Shown here: piece by piece, positions 27,795 through 33,886 of the stretch
How positions within the stretch are numbered: the first letter of the stretch is position 1
Layout: every line of letters starts with the position of its first letter
Origin: an uncultured Clostridium sp.
GTDB taxonomy: Bacteria; Bacillota_I; Bacilli_A; RF39; UBA660
Direction: 5' to 3'
Assembly: GCA_964507635.1 (NCBI GenBank)
Contig: CAZDPZ010000002.1
Span: forward strand, 1-33,886
DNA length: 33,886 nucleotides
Program-made: the position numbers and the translations under genes
Notes under the pieces: generated by a model
Database searches by the model: none
What the model was told of the DNA's origin: nothing
The model's input: the letters and a program-made list of their open reading frames with translations, nothing else

Positions 27795-29257
27795 TATTTC
27801 TCCTTTGCAATTGGTATAGTCATAACTAGCTCTAACCCTTTATTATTTCTAGCATTGATTGTTCCTTTATGACCCTCTATTATTCTTTTAGTAATTGAAA
27901 GACCTAAACCACTTCCATTTTCTGGCTTTGTTCTTGCAATATCACCTCTATAAAAATCAAGAAAAATGTTTTCTAATTCTTTTTCTTCTACTCCTTTACC
28001 GTTATCTTTATAAGTTAAAATGATATAATTATTTTTTTTAATTAAACTTATATCAATAATGGGATTTTCTTTTTTTCCATACTTAAAGGTATTTTCAAAT
28101 AAATTATCAAAAACCCTTTTAAATTCGACTTTATCTAAATTTACATGTACATTTGTTTTAGATATGAAATTTATTTTAATATTTTTAGATTGAAACTCTT
28201 GTCTATAAAAATCTAGTGTTGTTTTCATATATTCATTCATTTCTGTTCTTTCAAACTTATATTTATATTCTTTATTTTCTATACTTGATAAAGAAGACAA
28301 ACTATTAATCATTTTTTCAATATCTAATGCTCTTGTGTGAATAGCATTATAGTATCTTTTCTTCTTTTCTGGTGTACTTGCTATTCCGTCTTGAAGACCT
28401 TCAACATACCCTTTAATGGATGTTAGTGGCGTTCTTAAATCGTGTGAAACACCGTTAATTATCTCTTTTCTATATTCTTCATATTTATTTCGTGATTCTT
28501 CTGATAATTGCAATTGTTTTTTCATTTTATTAAAATCATCACATACTTCACCAAACTCATCAGTTTTTTTATAATCTATTTCAAATTCTAAATCACCATT
28601 TCTAATTTTTCTTGTTCCTTTTTTTAGCATATCTAAAGGTCTAAGAATTGTCTTCGTAATCCAAGATGATAACAATAAATTAGTTAGAATAACTATTATA
28701 AACATTATAACGATAACTATTGTAATTAATGCTATTAAAGATATCTTTATATTTGAAAATAATCTATTATTGTTTAGTGTGTTATTCTGAGTATAAGCAA
28801 CTATTTTATAATGATTACTTTTATTTTCAAAATTAATGACTAAAAAAGATTCTTTATCATTTTCTATAAATAAATATTCATTATCTTCATCAATATTATT
28901 GTTAATCCTATCTTGATTGATATTAGATAATGTACTCATTAATATTTCGTCATTATAGAGCATTTTAAATGAATAACCTAATCGTGTTAGTCTTTTATCC
29001 ATTTTATTTATAATTTCTATTTTCTTTTCTTGTTTTGGATTTTTTAATAATATTTCTTTATACGATAAAATAATGCTTTGAGCTGTAAAAGTATTTTTAT
29101 TATTTTCGTATACATTTTCGATTGAATCCCATCTTTCAAAATCAATTATTAATAATCCAATTCCAACTAATAATAAGAAACTAATAATAGGTATAACTAT
29201 CATAAGCACATTTGATATAATCATCTTTTTTTTAATCGATATATTTATTTTAATCAC
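27794..29257 (-). CDS. Sensor histidine kinase (2 TM, ~150-aa extracytoplasmic domain, HAMP, HisKA, HATPase_c)
   Basis: H-box SHDLRTPLTSI, N-box DNLFENTFKYG, G-boxes DNGKGV and GSGLGLSI. The stop overlaps the RR start by 1 nt. The annotated start is a GTG inside a GAGGTG, so the true start is uncertain (next ATG is codon 12). Confidence 0.9.
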   Translation of the reverse strand: MIKINISIKKKMIISNVLMIVIPIISFLLLVGIGLLIIDFERWDSIENVYENNKNTFTAQSIILSYKEILLKNPKQEKKIEIINKMDKRLTRLGYSFKMLYNDEILMSTLSNINQDRINNNIDEDNEYLFIENDKESFLVINFENKSNHYKIVAYTQNNTLNNNRLFSNIKISLIALITIVIVIMFIIVILTNLLLSSWITKTILRPLDMLKKGTRKIRNGDLEFEIDYKKTDEFGEVCDDFNKMKKQLQLSEESRNKYEEYRKEIINGVSHDLRTPLTSIKGYVEGLQDGIASTPEKKKRYYNAIHTRALDIEKMINSLSSLSSIENKEYKYKFERTEMNEYMKTTLDFYRQEFQSKNIKINFISKTNVHVNLDKVEFKRVFDNLFENTFKYGKKENPIIDISLIKKNNYIILTYKDNGKGVEEKELENIFLDFYRGDIARTKPENGSGLGLSITKRIIEGHKGTINARNNKGLELVMTIPIAKEK

Positions 29258-29290
29258 CTCAAATCACTCTAAATGATAATAACATTTAAT

Positions 29291-29312
29291 TATAAATTTT
29301 TTATAAATTTTT
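29291..29312. repeat. Exact tandem direct repeat 2 x 11 bp (TATAAATTTTT) upstream of the two-component operon
   Basis: Read directly: unit 1 is 29291-29301 and unit 2 is 29302-29312. It lies 34-55 nt upstream of the HK start. Confidence 0.85.
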
Positions 29313-29453
29313 GAAAAATTATAACTTACATGTGTTTTCAGTGTTCTAATATAACATAAAAATTTAATATTGACAAATCTTAGAATGTCATAATATTTTA
29401 TTCATTAATGAGTAATTACAAATTTATTACATAGTAAATTATCAAATTATATA

Positions 29454-31982
29454 TTAATTCTTTTTAAGAGAATTTTTAATTTTTCTTATTAATTTAATAA
29501 TTTCATACCATATTACTGATCCTAACGAAATTCCAATTACACTTAATAATTCATTAAATGATAAAGATGTCAATTTTAATATAGTATTTAAAGGAGTATA
29601 AGAAATTAATAAAAAGCCGATTATAATTCCTACATTTACTATCCACATTACTTTATCTTTTGCTAACTTTGATATAGATTTTATTGCATAATCACTATCT
29701 GAACTATTTACTTGTACTAAGAATAAATTAGCAAATATAATTACTGCTAATCCCATTGTACGAGCCACAGTAATATTGGATAGATTTTTGCTTAATGTAA
29801 AATAATATGTTGCGAATGATGAAAGAAATATAATTAATCCTTGTATAATACTCTTTATTAATGTTGATGAAGTTAAAATGTTTTCTTTTGGATTACGAGG
29901 TTTTCTATTCATTATATCTTCTTCGGCTGGTTGCCTTTCTAATACAACGGAACAAGTTGGATCTATTATTAATTCTAATAATACAACATGTAATGGCAAT
30001 AACAATAAATTTGATGGACTAATCTTTAATAACGGTGCTAATAAAGATGAAAATGCTATTGGAATATGTATTGTAAATATATATCCTATTGATTTCCTTA
30101 TGTTATCATATATTCTTCTACCATCTTTAATTGTATCGACTATTGTTGAAAAGTTATCATCCATTAATATTAAATCAGCAGCTTCTCTCGATACCTCTGA
30201 TCCACGTTTTCCCATTGCAATTCCAATATCTGCATATTTTAATGCAGGAGCATCATTAACTCCATCCCCTATCATTGCAACTATTTCTCCATTTTCTTTA
30301 AACGCTTTTACAATTCTCATTTTGTGTTCTGGAATAACACGAGAGAATATACTAACATTTTTAACATGTTCTTTTAATTCTTCATCGGTCATTTTTTCAA
30401 GTTCATCACCAGTTATAATGTTATCACTATTTGGAATACCTACTTGATTTGCTATTGATTTTGCTGTTATTCCATTATCTCCTGTTATCATTACTACACG
30501 AACTCCTGCTCTTGTACAACATTCTATGTCTTTTTTAACATTTTCTCTTGGAGGGTCTATTAATCCTATTAGGCCACACAATGTTACTTTACAATCTGTT
30601 ATTTTATCTGGTATCTCATTTTCATTTGTTAATGTCTGATAAGAAACAGCAATAACTCTTAATCCTTTTTTAGATAACTCTATTACTTTTTTTTCAACAA
30701 CTAATTTATCTTCTTCGCTTATATCACATATTGTTAATATTTTTTCTGCTGACCCTTTTAAAGCTATAGTAATTTTATCATTATTTTTCCAAACATGCCC
30801 CATCATTTTTAATTCATTTGAAAATGCATATTCTTTAATATAATGTCCAGAAAATAATTTTTCTTTTGTTAATCCTACCTTTTTGCAATGTCTTAACATT
30901 GCTTTTTCCATTGGATCATATGCATCTACATCACATGCTAATCCCATAATCTCTGATAGCTTTATTAAATCTTCATCAACTGACCAGACTTGTTCAACTT
31001 CCATTTGATTCATTGTAATTGTTCCTGTTTTATCTACACATAATACTGAAACAGCTCCCAAAGTTTCTACTGCTGGTAATTTTCTTACTAAAGATTGCTT
31101 TTTTGCTAATCTCCAAGCTCCCATCGACAAAAACACAGTTAATACTACTGGAAATTCTTCTGGAATCATAGCCATAGCAAGAGTAACGCCAGATAATATA
31201 CTTTCTATTATCCTGTCTTTAAATGAATGATCTGGAATATTTAAATATGTTATAATACCAACCGCTATAAACAGAACTAATGCAATTATTGCACATATTT
31301 TCACTAATTTACTAGTTTGTTTTTGCAACGGAGTTAATGATTGAACAGCTCCTGCCACATTCTTCCCAATCTTACCATATTCAGTTAATGATCCTGTTTT
31401 GTCAACTCTAACCGTGGCAATTCCTTGTATTACCAGTGTTCCTGCATAACAATAATCTGTTCTCCAATAATCATCACATTTTTCAGCTTTATCAATTGTA
31501 ACTTTCCAGACTCCTTCCGCCTCTCCTGTTAATGACGATTCATCTACACATAAAGCACTTACTTTAACTATATATCCATCTGCTGGAATTTTTACTCCTT
31601 CGGAGATGATCATTAAATCACCAGGAACTAATTCACTACTTGCTATAATCTGTTCTTTTCCATCACGTATTACTCTAACTTTTGGTGCCGATAAATCTTT
31701 TAATGCACTTAATGTTTTATCTGTTTTCCACTCTTGAATAATATCAATACTTATTATTCCAACAACAAATATTAACATTATTGCTCCATCCCTAGGTTCT
31801 CCCAATATAAAATAAATAACAGAGGCTATAATTAATAATAAAAACATCGGCTCACTTATCGTATGCATTATCTTCGTAAAAAAACTTTCTTTCTTTTCAG
31901 ATTCCAATTCATTCTTACCAAATTTTTCTTGTAATTTTTTTACCTCTTCTATCGATAAACCATCTAAATTTTCTTTTTTCAT
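29454..31982 (-). CDS. Cation-transporting P-type ATPase (P2-like, Ca2+/Mg2+-type architecture; ion not assignable)
   Basis: 842 aa with TGE (SLTGEA), phosphorylation site CVDKTGTITMN, MITGDN and GDGVNDAPALKYADIGIAMG, plus about 10 TM helices. The TM4 motif reads IPEEFP rather than PEGLP. Confidence 0.92.
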   Translation of the reverse strand: MKKENLDGLSIEEVKKLQEKFGKNELESEKKESFFTKIMHTISEPMFLLLIIASVIYFILGEPRDGAIMLIFVVGIISIDIIQEWKTDKTLSALKDLSAPKVRVIRDGKEQIIASSELVPGDLMIISEGVKIPADGYIVKVSALCVDESSLTGEAEGVWKVTIDKAEKCDDYWRTDYCYAGTLVIQGIATVRVDKTGSLTEYGKIGKNVAGAVQSLTPLQKQTSKLVKICAIIALVLFIAVGIITYLNIPDHSFKDRIIESILSGVTLAMAMIPEEFPVVLTVFLSMGAWRLAKKQSLVRKLPAVETLGAVSVLCVDKTGTITMNQMEVEQVWSVDEDLIKLSEIMGLACDVDAYDPMEKAMLRHCKKVGLTKEKLFSGHYIKEYAFSNELKMMGHVWKNNDKITIALKGSAEKILTICDISEEDKLVVEKKVIELSKKGLRVIAVSYQTLTNENEIPDKITDCKVTLCGLIGLIDPPRENVKKDIECCTRAGVRVVMITGDNGITAKSIANQVGIPNSDNIITGDELEKMTDEELKEHVKNVSIFSRVIPEHKMRIVKAFKENGEIVAMIGDGVNDAPALKYADIGIAMGKRGSEVSREAADLILMDDNFSTIVDTIKDGRRIYDNIRKSIGYIFTIHIPIAFSSLLAPLLKISPSNLLLLPLHVVLLELIIDPTCSVVLERQPAEEDIMNRKPRNPKENILTSSTLIKSIIQGLIIFLSSFATYYFTLSKNLSNITVARTMGLAVIIFANLFLVQVNSSDSDYAIKSISKLAKDKVMWIVNVGIIIGFLLISYTPLNTILKLTSLSFNELLSVIGISLGSVIWYEIIKLIRKIKNSLKKN

Positions 31983-32190
31983 ATAAAATACCTTTCATTT
32001 TATTTTTTAATTTTATATTATTTCTATAAAAAAATACATTTACGAAACACATTTCTATCCACATATAATATTATTTATTAATCTGTTGCTAATAAGCCCG
32101 AATATGAAACCTGTCAGTTTGTATTATATATTTGTATATAGTCAAAAATTCCTGATTAACTATTATTAATATATAAAAATATATTTATAT

Positions 32191-32206
32191 TGTTAATATA
32201 TTAACA
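32191..32206. repeat. Perfect 16-bp palindrome TGTTAATATATTAACA in the 343-bp spacer upstream of the ATPase gene
   Basis: Read directly: TGTTAATA followed by its reverse complement TATTAACA. It lies about 210 nt upstream of the ATPase start. Confidence 0.8.
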
Positions 32207-32325
32207 TAAATTTCTTATATTATCTAATTATATCACATCATGTACAATTATAATAATATCACTTTATTTTTTTCATTTTAATTTATAAATTGTATTTATT
32301 TACTGTTTCCTATAATCGATATTGG

Positions 32326-33012
32326 CTAATTTTGCTTGTTTACACAAATCTTTTGTTTGAATTTTATTTTTTTTCCATCTTTTATAGTATATGTCCCACA
32401 TTGTCTAAATTCAAAATCTACATTTTTTCTTATACATTGCTCTCTGATGCTTAAAGCCCAATCATAATTAAATGGTCTAGCATTAAAATCAGATTCTCCA
32501 CCAATTACAACAAGCTCTATATCATCTAGATATTTCTCAATATCTATTTTTTCTAGCAAGGGTTGCGCTATAATACATTTATGCTTTATTGGTAAATCTT
32601 TAAATATTGATAGTTTATAATCTGCATTTTTTTGATTTTCTACAGTACAACAAATAACTACATTATCATAGCCTTCATTCCAATCACAAGGAATAGATTC
32701 CATAAATTTATCTATTCTTTTTGTTAAAAATAAAAAAGTACAATCTTTTCTTTCTTTAATCATTTCCCAACATTTTTTTCTCCACTCATCTGCTTCTTCA
32801 ATTAGAAAATCTGTTGAAAAACAAGTATAAACTATTCCAGATTTCATTTTATAATTCCCGTTTTTTAATTTTTCTATTGGCTTTTCAAAATCTTTTGTCT
32901 TTACTATTTCATTAGTATTAACATTTCTTTTGAAATCTCCTTTATGAATATAGCAATGTAAACAACCATCACTACATTTTTTACAACCTCGCCAAGGATT
33001 CCACATTGCCAT
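32326..33012 (-). CDS. DUF5131 (phage Gp37/Gp68 family) protein with an N-terminal radical-SAM-like Cys cluster
   Basis: The N-terminus MAMWNPWRGCKKCSDGCLHCY matches the family hallmark WNPWxGCxxxSxGCxxCY and contains CxxxCxxC. AGGAGTG RBS. Confidence 0.8.
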   Translation of the reverse strand: MAMWNPWRGCKKCSDGCLHCYIHKGDFKRNVNTNEIVKTKDFEKPIEKLKNGNYKMKSGIVYTCFSTDFLIEEADEWRKKCWEMIKERKDCTFLFLTKRIDKFMESIPCDWNEGYDNVVICCTVENQKNADYKLSIFKDLPIKHKCIIAQPLLEKIDIEKYLDDIELVVIGGESDFNARPFNYDWALSIREQCIRKNVDFEFRQCGTYTIKDGKKIKFKQKICVNKQN

Positions 33013-33092
33013 ATTTTATCACTCCTGAATTTTTATTGTACTTACTTCTTTTTTTGTTATGAATGCAACTACAGAAACACTATATTCTTCTT

Positions 33093-33676
33093 CTAACTAC
33101 CCAAAGTATTTATGAACGTATGAACTAATATTGAAGAATACACATTTTTATTTTTGTTTCTAAAAAATCCTAAAATAATTCCAATAACTAAGCCTGTTAT
33201 TACTTTCAAAACATAATATTAAAAATATTTGCATTTAGAAAAAACAAAGATGTCCTCCATATTATTGTATCAATATACCCTATATGCCATAATGCAAATA
33301 ATAATGTTGAGACTATATATGCAGTTTTATCATTTTTCATTAAACTTAATTCTTTAAAAATAATTCCTCTAAAGATTATTTCTTCTAGAATTACAGTAAA
33401 AATAGAATTATATATAAGTGATAATATGCTATATATTTCATATTTTTTTGTTATAACTGGTGTTATTAATAAAAATAAGAATACAAAAATTGTTAATATT
33501 ATATATTTTCTATTAAACCTTTTTGGAAAAATATTTATATTTAATTTTTTCTTTGTTAATACTATAAATATAATATTAGTAATTAAAGTTGCATATATTA
33601 TATTTACTATCACATCTGATAATAAAGTTCTATCAATAAAATTAAATATTAGAATTTTAAAAGCTATTCGTGACAA
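33093..33676 (-). pseudogene. CPBP-family intramembrane glutamic endopeptidase (CAAX protease/Abi type), frameshifted
   Basis: Frame 1 (33206-33676) carries motif 1 EEIIFRG and motif 2 FALWH, then stops at TGA (33206-08). The -1 frame continues as KVITGLVIGIILGFFRNKNKNVYSSILVHTFINTLGS to a TAG at 33093-95 and carries motif 3 (HTFIN). Adding one T to the T4 run (A-run 33208-33211 on plus) restores a 194-aa ORF. The 5' end has only a TTG with no RBS, although the frame is open up to 33748. Confidence 0.7.
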
Positions 33677-33886
33677 TTGCAGTAAAACTAAAGATACAAT
33701 TATAAGGGTTTGCAGAGTTTTGAATATTTTTGACTTTTCAATTCCTGATTATTTCCTAATTTATTTTTGACACTCATTCCTGGTCGATTTCCTGACAAAA
33801 AAATGAGTAATTTTTTACCCATTTTTAATCGATAAATTGACTATCTAAGTTTTGTCAACACTAAATTTATATTAATATTATACCAC

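Noticed and set aside
29368-29396. A plus-strand TTGACA followed by TAATAT/CATAAT, a promoter-like string between the ATPase and HK genes.
   Set aside because: The spacer is only 13-15 nt, and it would drive transcription antisense into the ATPase 3' end. It is most likely a chance match.
29878-30447. A 189-aa plus-strand ORF, plus the other 60-114-aa ORFs antisense to recognised genes (3154-3345, 5183-5404, 7208-7411, 12180-12374, 13129-13386, 16459-16803, 16865-17188, 18215-18415, 20033-20317, 22849-23058, 25743-25970, 27148-27351, 33426-33770) and the same-strand out-of-frame 21436-21618.
   Set aside because: Each lies entirely inside a gene with clear family motifs. Their translations are low-complexity Ile/Leu/Ser/Phe strings with no RBS, as expected for spurious frames in AT-rich DNA.
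32147-32158. The 12-mer AATTCCTGATTA is shared between the ATPase upstream spacer (32147-32158) and the right-edge region (33740-33751).
   Set aside because: A rough estimate for this base composition and window size predicts hundreds of chance 12-mer coincidences, so this is not significant on its own.
31983-32325. A metal riboswitch (yybP-ykoY Mn2+ or M-box Mg2+) in the long leader of the P-type ATPase.
   Set aside because: The minus-strand sequence lacks the hallmarks I remember (GGGGAGUAG and UUGACAUA for yybP-ykoY, and the GC-rich M-box helices). It is almost entirely A/U. Only an Infernal scan could settle it.
33206-33208. The premature TGA in the CPBP gene read as Trp (genetic code 4).
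   Set aside because: TGA is the stop codon of the response regulator and of the STAS gene in this window. Reading through here would add only two codons (W-K) before a TAA, and motif 3 lies in a different frame.
1-33886. A scan for CRISPR arrays, rRNA, IS elements, a prophage, or long direct or inverted repeats.
   Set aside because: No repeat-spacer periodicity, no transposase, integrase or phage structural genes, and no GC-rich structured RNA other than the single tRNA were seen by eye.

Overview
The window is very AT-rich (by eye about a quarter G+C, not computed) and gene-dense. All but two genes are on the minus strand. It looks like a chromosomal segment of a low-GC, wall-bearing Gram-positive bacterium (Bacillota); Erysipelotrichia or RF39-like is only a guess. 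TGA is used as a stop codon.

Most of the content is housekeeping, listed here by increasing coordinate:
- an AI-2E permease, the RecD2 helicase and tRNA-Arg(CCU)
- an HD hydrolase, RseP and CdsA
- a polar amino-acid ABC importer followed directly by arcA and arcB
- a D,D-carboxypeptidase / SpoIIAA-like STAS / SigF-like sigma locus
- an SPFH protein, YlxM, FtsY, RNase J and SHMT
- two GT4 glycosyltransferases plus a DedA-type protein
- an OmpR/HK two-component pair and a P-type ATPase
- at the right end, a DUF5131 (Gp37/Gp68) gene beside a frameshifted CPBP protease gene

I saw no rRNA, CRISPR array, transposase or integrase, and I cannot point to a clear-cut new multi-gene system.

The candidates most worth a second look are:
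1. The dac / STAS / sigma locus. The STAS and sigma genes overlap, which leaves no room for the SpoIIAB/RsbW-type anti-sigma kinase.
2. An orphan 405-aa protein that fuses HTH-like segments to a complete metallophosphoesterase.
3. The DUF5131 plus broken CPBP islet, next to an unusually long non-coding spacer.
4. A translationally coupled pair of pilin-like small proteins sitting where ffh is expected.
5. An arginine deiminase cluster without arcC or arcD, whose OTCase carries HALP in place of the HCLP motif.

All family calls come from reading motifs in the translations. No database search was run.
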